Shown here: in pieces, positions 45,945 to 55,109 of the stretch | How the letters are laid out: each line of letters starts with the position of its first letter | Position numbering within the stretch: position 1 is the first letter of the stretch | Assembly (NCBI GenBank): GCA_046565645.1 | Contig: JBKHYD010000034.1 | Span: forward strand, 49,209-113,208 | Direction: 5' to 3' | Length of the DNA stretch: 64,000 bases | DNA from: Acidimicrobiia bacterium | Lineage (GTDB): Bacteria > Actinomycetota > Acidimicrobiia > Acidimicrobiales > VFJN01 | Position numbers and translations under genes: made by a program | The notes under the pieces: model-generated | What the model was told of the DNA's origin: nothing | The model's database searches: none | What the model saw: only the letters and a program-made list of their open reading frames with translations

Positions 45945-47678
45945 GTGCTGACGCGGGTGCTGCGAGCGCACCTCGCCCCCTACCGCCGGACGCTGGCCGC
46001 CGTGGTGGCGTTCCAGACCATCCAGGTGGTGGCCGCGCTGGCCCTGCCCGCTCTGACCTCCCGCATCATCGACCGAGGCGTGCTGGCCGGAGACGTCGGG
46101 TTCATCCGACGCGAAGGCGCGCTGATGCTCGCCATCTCCTTCGTCCAGGGCACCTTCGCCATCGCCGCCGTGCGGTTCGGGGCGAGGGCAGCCATGGGCT
46201 TCGGGCGGGAGGTCCGCTCGTCGCTGTTCCACCGGGTCACGAGCTTCTCGGCCCGAGAGGTCGGGGCGTTCGGGGCGCCGTCGCTCATCACCCGCATCAC
46301 CAACGACGTGCAGCAGGTCCAGATGCTCGTCGTCATGGCCGCCACGATGGCGGTCGCGGCGCCCATCACCCTCGTGGTCGGCCTCTTCATGGCCAACCGC
46401 GAGGACGCCGGGCTGTCGTGGGTCCTCGTGTTCGCCATCCCCATCGCCGGCGTCGTCCTCGGCTCGATCGTGGCCCAGATGGTCCCGGCCTTCCGGCTCG
46501 TGCAGGACCTGATCGACACGGTGAACCGGATCCTGCGGGAGCAGATCACCGGCATCCGGGTCGTCCGGGCGTTCGTGAGGGAGCCCGAGGAGACCCGCCG
46601 CTTCGAGGTGGCCAACGAGGACCTCACCCGGGTCTCGCTGCGGGCCGGTCGCCTGATGGCCTCGATGTTCCCAATGGCCAACCTGCTCATCAACCTGGCC
46701 AGCGTCGCCGTGATCTGGGTCGGCGCCGACCGCGTCAGCGACGGCGACCTGCAGATCGGGTCGCTGATCGCCTACCTGAGCTACCTCGTCCAGATCCTCA
46801 TGTCGGTGGTGCTGGCGACCTTCATGCTGTCGATGGTCCCCCGGGCGTCGGTTGCCGCCGCTCGCATCCAGGAGGTGCTCGACACCGAGACCTCCGTGGT
46901 GCCGCCCCCCGACCCGGTGCGGACCCAGCCCAGCCCCGGCACGCTCGAGCTGCGCGGGGCGGGGTTCCACTACCCCGGCGCCGAGCGCCCGGTGCTGACG
47001 GGCGTCACGTTCCGCACCGATCCTGGCCAGACCACCGCCATCGTGGGCAGCACCGGCTCCGGCAAGACCACCCTCGCCGGCCTCATCCCCCGCCTCTTCG
47101 ACGCCACGAGCGGCGAGGTGCTGGTGGGCGGGGTCGACGTCCGCCACCTCGACCCCAGCCTCCTGTGGGGCTCGATCGGCTACGTCCCCCAGAAGCCGTT
47201 CCTGTTCTCCGGGACCGTCGCCTCCAACCTGGCCTTCGGCAAGCCCGACGCCACCGAGGTGGAGATGTGGGAGGCGCTCGAGGTGGCGCAGGCGGCGGAC
47301 TTCGTCCGAGCCATGCCCGGCGGGCTCGAGGCCCGCATCGAGCAGGGGGGCAGCAACGTCTCAGGCGGCCAGCGTCAGCGGCTGTCCATCGCCCGGGCGC
47401 TCGTGCGCAAGCCGGACCTCTACGTCTTCGACGACTCCTTCTCGGCCCTCGACCTGGTGACCGACGCCCGCCTGCGAGCTGCGCTCGCCCCCTACACGCG
47501 AGATGCCGCGGTGGTGATCGTGGCCCAGCGGGTGTCGACCATCGTCGATGCCGACGAGATCCTCGTGCTCGAGGACGGCTTGGTGCTCGGCCAGGGCACC
47601 CACCACGAGCTCCTCGCCACCTGCCCGACCTACGAGGAGATCGTCCAGTCCCAGATGGGCGAGCGGGGGGCGGCATGA
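45945..47678 (+). CDS. ABC exporter, fused TMD-NBD half transporter (subunit 1 of a heterodimer)
   Basis: Six-TM type-I exporter domain, GSTGSGKTT, VSGGQRQRLSIARAL, LYVFDDSFSALD. Confidence 0.9.
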   Translation: MLTRVLRAHLAPYRRTLAAVVAFQTIQVVAALALPALTSRIIDRGVLAGDVGFIRREGALMLAISFVQGTFAIAAVRFGARAAMGFGREVRSSLFHRVTSFSAREVGAFGAPSLITRITNDVQQVQMLVVMAATMAVAAPITLVVGLFMANREDAGLSWVLVFAIPIAGVVLGSIVAQMVPAFRLVQDLIDTVNRILREQITGIRVVRAFVREPEETRRFEVANEDLTRVSLRAGRLMASMFPMANLLINLASVAVIWVGADRVSDGDLQIGSLIAYLSYLVQILMSVVLATFMLSMVPRASVAAARIQEVLDTETSVVPPPDPVRTQPSPGTLELRGAGFHYPGAERPVLTGVTFRTDPGQTTAIVGSTGSGKTTLAGLIPRLFDATSGEVLVGGVDVRHLDPSLLWGSIGYVPQKPFLFSGTVASNLAFGKPDATEVEMWEALEVAQAADFVRAMPGGLEARIEQGGSNVSGGQRQRLSIARALVRKPDLYVFDDSFSALDLVTDARLRAALAPYTRDAAVVIVAQRVSTIVDADEILVLEDGLVLGQGTHHELLATCPTYEEIVQSQMGERGAA

Positions 47679-49579
47679 CGACCGTCGACGACCCGAAGCG
47701 CCCGAGCACCGACGGCACCGGCGACGACGAGCTCGACCTCGCGGCGCCCGAGACCCGGGCCTCGGGCCGGCACATGGCCATCGGTGTGCCGACCGCGAAG
47801 TCGGCCGACTTCGGAGGGTCGGTCCGCCGCCTGGCCGGCCTGCTCCTGGCCCAGCGGGGCACCCTCATCGCCATCGCGCTCACGGCGATCGGCGGCGCCG
47901 CGCTCAACGTGGTCGGCCCCCGCATCCTCGGCCACGCCACCGACGCGATCGTCGACGGGGTGGTCGGCGACGGCATCGACTTCGACCGGCTCCACGGGTA
48001 CCTCCTCCAGGCGACCGGCCTGTACCTGGCCTCGACCGCGCTGTCGATCGGCACCTCGTGGCTGCTGGCCGGTGTCGTCCAGCGGCTCATGTTCGACCTC
48101 CGCCGCCGGGCCGAGGCGAAGGTCAACGCCCTCCCCCTCTCCTACATCGACCAGCAGGCACGGGGCGACCTGCTCAGCCGCGTCACCAACGACCTCGACA
48201 ACCTGGCCCAGAGCCTCCAGCAGACCCTGAGCCAGATGCTCATCTCGGTGCTCCTCCTGCTCGGGGTGGCCGGGATGATGTTCGCGATCTCCCCGCTGCT
48301 GGCGCTCGTCACGCTCACGACGGTGCCGGTGTCGATCTGGGCGATGCGCTTCGTCGCCAAGCGGGCCCGGCCCCGCTTCATCGCCCAGTGGTCCTCCACC
48401 GGGGCCCTGAACGCCCACGTCGAGGAGACCTTCACCGGGCACGCCCTCGTGAAGGCCTACGGCCGCCAGCCGGAGGTGGAGGAGCGGTTCCGGCGCACCA
48501 ACGACGAGCTGTTCGAGGCGTCGTTCGGTGCGCAGTTCATGTCGAGCCTCATGCAGCCGGCCACGATGTTCCTCGGCAACGTCCAGTACGTGCTCGTGGC
48601 GGTGGTCGGCGGGATGCGGGTGGCCAGCGGCGCCGTGACCGTCGGCGAGGTCCAGGCCTTCATCCAGTACGCCCGGCAGTTCTCGTTCCCGCTGACCCAG
48701 CTGGCGTCGGTCATGAACATCTTCCAGTCCGGCATCGCCTCGCTGGAGCGGATCCTCGAGCTCCTCGACGCCGAGGAGCAGGTCCCCGACCCGCCGGCCG
48801 ACCCGGCGCCCACCCCCGCACGGGGGCGGGTCGAGTTCCGAGACGTGTCGTTCTCCTACTCCCCCGACCAACCCCTCATCGAGGGCCTGTCCCTCGTGGC
48901 CGAGCCCGGGCAGACCGTGGCCATCGTGGGCCCGACCGGCGCCGGCAAGACCACGCTCGTCAACCTCGTGATGCGCTTCTACGAGATCGACGCCGGCACG
49001 ATCAGCCTCGACGGCCGGGACATCACCACCATCCCCCGCCGCCAGCTCCGCTCCAACGTGGGGATGGTCCTCCAGGACACGTGGCTCTTCGGCGGGACGA
49101 TCCGCGACAACATCGCCTACGGGAACCCAGCCGCAACCGAGGAGCAGATCCTCGAGGCGGCCAGAGCCACCTTCGTGGACCGGTTCGTGCACTCGCTGCC
49201 GGACGGCTACGACACCGTGATCAACGAGGAGGGCGACAACATCAGCGCGGGCGAGAAGCAGCTGCTCACCATCGCCCGGGCCTTCCTCGCCGACCCGACG
49301 ATCCTCATCCTCGACGAGGCCACCTCCTCGGTCGACACCCGCACCGAGGTCCTCATCCAGGAGGCGATGAACGCGCTGCGAGCCAACCGCACCAGCTTCG
49401 TGATCGCCCACCGGCTGTCGACCATCCGCCATGCGGACACGATCCTGGTGATGGAGGCGGGCCGGATCGTCGAGCAGGGCACCCACGACGCGCTGCTCGA
49501 CCGGGGCGGGGCCTACGCCCGCCTCTACAACAGCCAGTTCGCCGGGGCGATGCTGGACGTGGACGCCGACCTCAGCTAG
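47675..49579 (+). CDS. ABC exporter, fused TMD-NBD half transporter (subunit 2)
   Basis: ATGA overlap with subunit 1. GPTGAGKTT, ISAGEKQLLTIARAF, ILILDEATSSVD. Confidence 0.9.
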   Translation: MTTVDDPKRPSTDGTGDDELDLAAPETRASGRHMAIGVPTAKSADFGGSVRRLAGLLLAQRGTLIAIALTAIGGAALNVVGPRILGHATDAIVDGVVGDGIDFDRLHGYLLQATGLYLASTALSIGTSWLLAGVVQRLMFDLRRRAEAKVNALPLSYIDQQARGDLLSRVTNDLDNLAQSLQQTLSQMLISVLLLLGVAGMMFAISPLLALVTLTTVPVSIWAMRFVAKRARPRFIAQWSSTGALNAHVEETFTGHALVKAYGRQPEVEERFRRTNDELFEASFGAQFMSSLMQPATMFLGNVQYVLVAVVGGMRVASGAVTVGEVQAFIQYARQFSFPLTQLASVMNIFQSGIASLERILELLDAEEQVPDPPADPAPTPARGRVEFRDVSFSYSPDQPLIEGLSLVAEPGQTVAIVGPTGAGKTTLVNLVMRFYEIDAGTISLDGRDITTIPRRQLRSNVGMVLQDTWLFGGTIRDNIAYGNPAATEEQILEAARATFVDRFVHSLPDGYDTVINEEGDNISAGEKQLLTIARAFLADPTILILDEATSSVDTRTEVLIQEAMNALRANRTSFVIAHRLSTIRHADTILVMEAGRIVEQGTHDALLDRGGAYARLYNSQFAGAMLDVDADLS

Positions 49580-49616
49580 CCCTGCGGCCCGGGCGGGTGG
49601 CCCGGACCCACCGGCC

Positions 49617-50306
49617 TCAGCTGCGGTGGGCGGCCCGCTCGGCGGCCTCGTCGCGCAGGGCCTTGCCCCGCTCGAGGGCCTCGGCGCTCAGCGCCCTGCC
49701 CTTCTCCATCGCCTCGGCGCCCAGCACCTTGCCCTTCTCCATCGCCTCGGCGCCCAGCACCTTGCCGCGCTCTCGAGCCGCATCGACCCGGGGCGCGAGG
49801 TCGGCCTCGACCTCCTTCAGCCGCTTCCTGGCCGCGCGGCGGCCCTCGGCCGCCTCCTTGCGGGCGCGGTCAGCCGCCTTCACGGCCTCCTTCTGCGCCC
49901 GGTCGGCGGCCTTCCGACTGGCCTTGCCGGCCCTCTTGGCGGCCCGCCGGCCGCGTCGACCCGCTTCCCGGGCCTGCTCCTCGATGACCGGCTGGGCCGA
50001 CTCGACGAGACCGCCGAGGCGCTCGAGCACCCCCTTGGCCTCCTTGGCCGTGCGCCGCTTCGCCTTGCGCCCCTTGGCCCTCGCCGCCTTCTTCGCCTCC
50101 GCCAACGACGTGAGCTCCGCCGCCCGGACCCGCCGCTGCGCCTCCTTGATCCGCTCGTCGGCCTCGGCCCGCAGGAGCTGCTCGCGCTCGAGCTCCTGCT
50201 CGGCCTTCCGACGGCCGTCCTCAGCCCGCCGCAGCTTCTCCTTCTTGGAGCGGAACGGGACCACCCCGAGGGTGGCGACGGACACGGTCTTGCGGATGAG
50301 CCCCAC
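49617..50306 (-). CDS. Highly basic Lys/Arg/Ala/Glu-rich protein with C-terminal 11-residue tandem repeats
   Basis: GTG 50306 preceded by AGGAGG at 6 nt. N-terminus VGLIRKTVSVATLGVVPFRSKKEKLRR, long charged helical middle, C-terminus LGAEAMEKGKV x2 plus degenerate copies. Confidence 0.55.
   Translation of the reverse strand: MGLIRKTVSVATLGVVPFRSKKEKLRRAEDGRRKAEQELEREQLLRAEADERIKEAQRRVRAAELTSLAEAKKAARAKGRKAKRRTAKEAKGVLERLGGLVESAQPVIEEQAREAGRRGRRAAKRAGKASRKAADRAQKEAVKAADRARKEAAEGRRAARKRLKEVEADLAPRVDAARERGKVLGAEAMEKGKVLGAEAMEKGRALSAEALERGKALRDEAAERAAHRS
49632..49796 (-). repeat. 33-bp tandem repeat (two identical plus about three degenerate units) inside the basic-protein gene
   Basis: 49698-49730 and 49731-49763 are identical (gcccttctccatcgcctcggcgcccagcacctt). 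The flanking 33-nt units are visibly related. Confidence 0.7.
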
Positions 50307-50427
50307 GGGCAGCCTCCTGCGATCGACGGCGCCCCCATCCTTACCCCACCACCCCCGCCTGCCAACCGGCCCGCCCCGGGCGCCACCGGTGGAGCGGGCC
50401 ACGGAGGGATCGGTAGCGTCGCCGCCC

Positions 50428-51549
50428 ATGGCCCCCCGGACCGGACCGCTGCAGGACCTCCGGGTCATCGACCTGTCGACGGTCCTCGCCGGGCCGAACA
50501 CCGCCCGGTACCTGGCCGACTTCGGGGCGGACGTCATCAAGGTGGAGCGGCCTGGCGGGGACGGCCTGCGTCGCCTGGCCTGGCCGGACCCCCGCGACGG
50601 CGAGGGCCTCTGGTGGAAGCTCGTGAACCGCAACAAGCGCACCATCGTCCTGGACCTCAAGGCCGACGGCGACCGTGAGCTGCTGCTCGAGCTGCTCGAC
50701 GGCGCCCACGTGCTGATCGAGAACCTCCGCCCCGGCGGCCTCGAGCGGCTCGGCCTCGCCCCCGACGACCTGCTGCGCCGCAACCCCCGGCTCGTGATCA
50801 CCCGGGTGTCGGGCTTCGGGCTCGACGGGCCCTACGCCAGCCGGCCGGGCTTCGCCACCGTCGCCGAGGGCATGTCCGGGTTCGCGGCGCTGAACGGCGA
50901 GCCCGGCGGGACCCCGCTCCCTCCACCCATCGCGCTCACCGACGAGGTGACCGGACTCGCCGGCGCCTTCGCCACGATGGTGGCGCTGCACTCGGGGGTG
51001 GGTCAGGTGGTGGACGTCAACCTGCTCGAGTCGATGCTGCAGATGATGGGCCCCCTGGTGAGCCTGTACGCCGTGCGGGGCGAGCAGCAGGAGCGGCTCG
51101 GCGCGGGTCTGCCCTACACCGTCCCGAGGGGCACCTACCGCTGCGCCGACGGCCGCTGGATCGTGGTGTCGACCAGCAGCGAGGGGGTCGCCCGGCGCGT
51201 CATGGAGGTGCTGGACCTCGGCGACGACGAGCGCTTCACCACCTCCGCCGGCCGGGCCGCACACCGCCACGAGGTGGAGGCGGCCATGGCCGCGTGGTGC
51301 GCCATCCGAACCCAGGCCGAGGCCATCGCCGAGCTCACCGCCGCCGATGCCGCCGTCGGGCCGGTCATGGACATGGCCGCCCTCGCCGCCGATCCCCACG
51401 TCCAGGCCCGGGCGGCCATCGACCGCGTGGGCGACACGCCGATGCAGACCCTGATCGCCCGCCTCTCCGCGACCCCGGGTGCCCTGCGCCACGAGGGCCG
51501 CCCGCTCGACGCCGACGGCGACGCGATCCGCAGCTCCGGCTGGGCCTGA
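50428..51549 (+). CDS. CaiB/BaiF (family III) CoA-transferase
   Basis: LRVIDLSTVLAGPNTARYLADFGADVIKVERPGGD, LIENLRPG, ALTDEVTG. It forms the C-terminal part of a spurious 1333-aa ORF. Confidence 0.85.
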   Translation: MAPRTGPLQDLRVIDLSTVLAGPNTARYLADFGADVIKVERPGGDGLRRLAWPDPRDGEGLWWKLVNRNKRTIVLDLKADGDRELLLELLDGAHVLIENLRPGGLERLGLAPDDLLRRNPRLVITRVSGFGLDGPYASRPGFATVAEGMSGFAALNGEPGGTPLPPPIALTDEVTGLAGAFATMVALHSGVGQVVDVNLLESMLQMMGPLVSLYAVRGEQQERLGAGLPYTVPRGTYRCADGRWIVVSTSSEGVARRVMEVLDLGDDERFTTSAGRAAHRHEVEAAMAAWCAIRTQAEAIAELTAADAAVGPVMDMAALAADPHVQARAAIDRVGDTPMQTLIARLSATPGALRHEGRPLDADGDAIRSSGWA

Positions 51550-51685
51550 CCGGCGGACCTGACGGCGGGGTCGCCGAAACCTGACAGGTCCTGACCACGA
51601 TGAGTCCTAGGTTCGCGAGGCGTCCGAACGAAGCGCGCCGAGGCGGGGCGCCCGTGGAGACACCGATCGCGTCCAGGAGGACCCC

Positions 51686-52741
51686 ATGCCCGATGCCATC
51701 CGAGCCACCGGCCTGACGAAGCGCTTCGGCGACGTCACGGCCCTCGACGGGCTCGACCTCCACGTTGCCGAAGGCACCGTCCTCGGCATGCTCGGTCCCA
51801 ACGGCGCCGGGAAGACCACCGCGGTCTCGATCCTCACCACGCTGCTCGAGCCCGACAGCGGCGAGGCCACGATCGCCGGAGCCGACCTCCGCACCGAGCC
51901 CGGCCGGGTTCGGGAGCGGATCGGTCTCTCGGGCCAGTACGCGGCCGTCGACGAGGTGCTCACCGGCTACGAGAACCTCGAGATGATCGGCCGGCTCTAC
52001 CGGCTCGGGCGGGCCCGGGCCCGGGCGCGGGCCACCGAGCTGCTCGAGCGGTTCGACCTCGTGGAGGCCGCGAACCGCCCCGTGAAGACCTACTCCGGCG
52101 GCATGCGCCGCCGCCTCGACCTCGCCGGGGCGCTCGTGGCCGAGCCTCCCGTGCTCTTCCTCGACGAGCCCACCACCGGCCTGGACCCACGCAGCCGCCT
52201 CGAGCTCTGGAGCGTCATCCGCGAGCTCGTGGGCCGGGGCGCCACGCTGCTCCTCACCACCCAGTACCTCGAGGAGGCCGACCAGCTGGCCGACGAGATC
52301 CTCGTCGTCGACCACGGCCGCGAGCTCGCCCGGGGCACCGCCCACCAGCTGAAGCTGCAGGTGGGAGGGGAGCGCATCCACGTCACCGTCGACGCGCCCG
52401 AGCACCTCGCTGCGGCCGAGAAGGTCCTCTCCGCCCTGGCCGTGGGCGACGTGGAGGTGGACGTCGAGGCGCGCAGCCTCCTGGCTCCCATCTCGGGCGG
52501 GGCCCGGGTGCTCACCACCGCCCTCCGGCAGCTCGACGACCACGGCGTCGGGATCAGCGACGTCGGCCTGCGCCGGCCCACGCTCGACGACGTCTTCCTG
52601 ACCCTCACCGGCCACGTCGCCGAGCCGGAGGCCGACGGCACCGGCGCCGGCAGGCCACCCGATGACCGGTCGTCGGCCGCCCACCAGCCGGACGGGTCCA
52701 GCGCATCGCCCACCCAGCTCACCGAGGAGGTGCCGTCGTGA
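51686..52741 (+). CDS. ABC-2-type exporter ATP-binding protein (DrrA-like)
   Basis: GPNGAGKTT, YSGGMRRRLDLAGAL, VLFLDEPTTGLD. AGGAGG SD 6 nt upstream. Confidence 0.9.
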   Translation: MPDAIRATGLTKRFGDVTALDGLDLHVAEGTVLGMLGPNGAGKTTAVSILTTLLEPDSGEATIAGADLRTEPGRVRERIGLSGQYAAVDEVLTGYENLEMIGRLYRLGRARARARATELLERFDLVEAANRPVKTYSGGMRRRLDLAGALVAEPPVLFLDEPTTGLDPRSRLELWSVIRELVGRGATLLLTTQYLEEADQLADEILVVDHGRELARGTAHQLKLQVGGERIHVTVDAPEHLAAAEKVLSALAVGDVEVDVEARSLLAPISGGARVLTTALRQLDDHGVGISDVGLRRPTLDDVFLTLTGHVAEPEADGTGAGRPPDDRSSAAHQPDGSSASPTQLTEEVPS

Positions 52742-53541
52742 ACAGGTTCGTCGCCGCCCTCTCCGACGCCAACGTCGTAGCCCGCCGCAACCTCATCAAG
52801 ATCACCCGGGTGCCCGAGGTGCTCGTGTTCGTCTTGCTGTCCCCCATCATGTTCGTGCTGCTCTTCGGCTACGTCTTCGGCAGCTCGATCGACATCCCGG
52901 GCACCAGCTACCGGGAGTTCCTGATCGCGGGGATCTTCGCCCAGACGGTCATGTTCGGAGCCACGTTCACCGGCACCGGGATCGCCGAGGACATGCAGAA
53001 GGGGATCATCAACCGGTTCCGCTCCCTGCCCATGGCCCGCTCGGCCGTGCTGGCGGGCCGCACCGCCTCCGACGTGATCTACAACGTCCTCTCGATCGCC
53101 ATCATGGCGATCACCGGGCTCCTCGTCGGCTGGCGGATCCGGGGCTCGATCCTCGAGGCGCTCCTCGGGTTCGTGCTCCTGCTGCTCTTCTCGTACGCGA
53201 TCTCGTGGGTGATGGCGCTGATCGCCCTGCTCGTCCCGAGCGTCGAGGTCATCAACAACGCCTCGTTCATGGTGATCTTCCCGCTGACGTTCGTGGCCAA
53301 CACCTTCGTGCCCGCCGAGAACCTGCCCGGACCGCTGCAGGCCTTCGCCGAGTGGAACCCGGTCTCGTCGGTCACGCAGGCGGCTCGGGAGCTGTTCGGG
53401 AACATCCCTCCCGGCACGCCCGAGCCCACCGCGTGGCCCCTGCAGAACCCGGTCCTCTACACCCTCATCTGGGTGGTCGTGATCGTGGCCGTCTTCGCCC
53501 CGCTGGCCGTGGCCCGCTACCAGCGCAGCGCCGCCCGGTGA
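52738..53541 (+). CDS. ABC-2-type exporter permease (DrrB-like)
   Basis: 267 aa, six TM segments. GTGA overlap with the ATPase gene. Confidence 0.85.
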   Translation: MNRFVAALSDANVVARRNLIKITRVPEVLVFVLLSPIMFVLLFGYVFGSSIDIPGTSYREFLIAGIFAQTVMFGATFTGTGIAEDMQKGIINRFRSLPMARSAVLAGRTASDVIYNVLSIAIMAITGLLVGWRIRGSILEALLGFVLLLLFSYAISWVMALIALLVPSVEVINNASFMVIFPLTFVANTFVPAENLPGPLQAFAEWNPVSSVTQAARELFGNIPPGTPEPTAWPLQNPVLYTLIWVVVIVAVFAPLAVARYQRSAAR

Positions 53542-54804
53542 TTGCCGCGTGACCCACGCCGCCCCACGGGCGGCGGCCGACGCGTCGCGGTGACCGCCGG
53601 CGCCCGGACCGCGCTGCGGCCACGATCCGTCACCCTCGTCCTCTGCCGCAGCGACGGCGGGGTGGTGGGCGCCCTCCCACCCTTCGAGGTCGAGCTGCCG
53701 TGGTGGCAGGAGGTGGCCGACGTGGTGGACGAGGCCCGCGCTGTCCACGGCGCTGAGGTCGTCATCCTGCGGCTGCTCGAGGCCGAGCCCAGCCCGTTCT
53801 GCGCCGGCGGCGCCGTCACCTACCTCGCTGAGGTGATGGGCGACCCGGGCCGAGCGGTCCAGCCCTGGCCGGGCGCCCTCGATCCCGGGGAGGACCTGCG
53901 AGCAACCTGGGCTCGGGTGGGAGGACCGGGGGCCGACCTCGCCTGGGCCGACACCGCCCTCATAGACCGGGGCCGAGCCCGGACGGGCCCGGCCCGCCAG
54001 ATCCGGACCTGGAACCTCTCGAGCCTCTGGCGGCTACCGACCACCGGCGGCCCGTGCTGGCTCAAGGTGGTCCCGCCCTTCTTCGCGCACGAGGGAGCGG
54101 TCCTCGCCCACCTCGACGCGGAGCGGGTCCCCCCGCTCGTGGCCGCCGACGGCCCGCGCATCCTCGTCGACGAGGTCCCCGGGCCCGGTCGCTACGGCGC
54201 CTCGGGGCCGGTGCTGGCTGAGATGGTCGACCTCCTCGTGGCGCTCCAGGGCCGGTGGGTCGGTCGGGTGGACGAGCTGGTTGGGCTGGGAGCGCCGGAC
54301 TGGCGGAGCGGGCCGCTCACCGCGCTGCTCGCGGCGCTCGTGGAACGCCGAGGACCGACCCTCGACCCTTCGATCGCGGAGGGCCTCGAGGAGCTCGTCA
54401 CCGGCCTCCCGGAGCGGTTCGACGCGGTGGGGTCCTGTGGGCTGCCCGACACCATCGTCCACGGCGACTTCCACCGGGGCAACCTGCGGGGCCCCGAGGG
54501 GTCGCTGGTGCTCCTCGACTGGGGGGACTGCGGGGCCGGACAGCCCATGCTGGACCAGGCCGCCTTCCTCGAGGGCTTGGACCCGGAGGATGAGCACGCG
54601 GTCAAGCAGGCGTGGTCGGCAGCCTGGCGCCGCCTGGTCCCGGGCTGCGATCCCGACCGGGCCGCCGCGCTGCTGGCGCCGGTGAGCGCCCTGCGCCAGG
54701 CCCTCATCTACGACACCTTCCTCGCCGGCATCGAGCCGACCGAGCGCATCTACCACCAGGACGACCCCGCCCGCTGGCTCACCCGCGCCGCGCATCTGGC
54801 CTAG
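53542..54804 (+). CDS. Phosphotransferase (APH/choline-kinase-like fold) family protein
   Basis: IVHGDFHRGNL, LLDWGDCGAG. The frame begins immediately after the permease stop. The true start is uncertain (TTG 53542 or GTG 53590). Confidence 0.7.
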   Translation: MPRDPRRPTGGGRRVAVTAGARTALRPRSVTLVLCRSDGGVVGALPPFEVELPWWQEVADVVDEARAVHGAEVVILRLLEAEPSPFCAGGAVTYLAEVMGDPGRAVQPWPGALDPGEDLRATWARVGGPGADLAWADTALIDRGRARTGPARQIRTWNLSSLWRLPTTGGPCWLKVVPPFFAHEGAVLAHLDAERVPPLVAADGPRILVDEVPGPGRYGASGPVLAEMVDLLVALQGRWVGRVDELVGLGAPDWRSGPLTALLAALVERRGPTLDPSIAEGLEELVTGLPERFDAVGSCGLPDTIVHGDFHRGNLRGPEGSLVLLDWGDCGAGQPMLDQAAFLEGLDPEDEHAVKQAWSAAWRRLVPGCDPDRAAALLAPVSALRQALIYDTFLAGIEPTERIYHQDDPARWLTRAAHLA

Positions 54805-55044
54805 GGCCACCGGGTCGCCACGGGATCGGGCGGGTGGTCGACGGCGGCTGCGTGCTGCTCGCTGACGAGTGGCGCGGCGGCGGACCCGCCCGTCACCTCA
54901 GAGAGCGCGCACCATCCGGGCGGCGAGGCCGAAGCTCGAGGGCCTCGGGGTGCGCTAGGAGCAGGGCGCGCTGGTCGTCGTGGGAGAGCGACGAGCGACG
55001 GAAGACCGCATCCAGCCGGGCCACCATCACCGGGGCCGGACGTC

Positions 55045-55079
55045 ACACGGTGCCCCCTCCCGGAGAGGGGGCACCGTGT
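55045..55079 (-). terminator. Strong hairpin downstream of the lipoprotein gene
   Basis: Perfect 14-bp stem ACACGGTGCCCCCT / AGGGGGCACCGTGT with a 7-nt loop, 30 nt beyond the stop at 55110. Confidence 0.5.
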
Positions 55080-55109
55080 CAGCAGGAAGCTGCGTTCGAA
55101 GGGGGTCGG

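Noticed and set aside
49632-49796. 33-bp tandem repeat considered as a CRISPR-like or minisatellite element.
   Set aside because: The units are directly adjacent with no spacers, lie in frame inside a coding sequence, and translate to an 11-residue protein repeat. It is not a CRISPR array.
54893-55027. 44-codon ORF on the minus strand (VMVARLDAVFRRSSLSHDDQRALLLAHPEALELRPRRPDGARSLR) in the 300-nt gap after the kinase gene.
   Set aside because: It looks protein-like, but it starts immediately downstream of the strong terminator hairpin at 55045-55079. It has no SD or TANNNT signal and mixed third-position usage, and no family is recognisable. It may be a remnant, which is not enough to call a gene.
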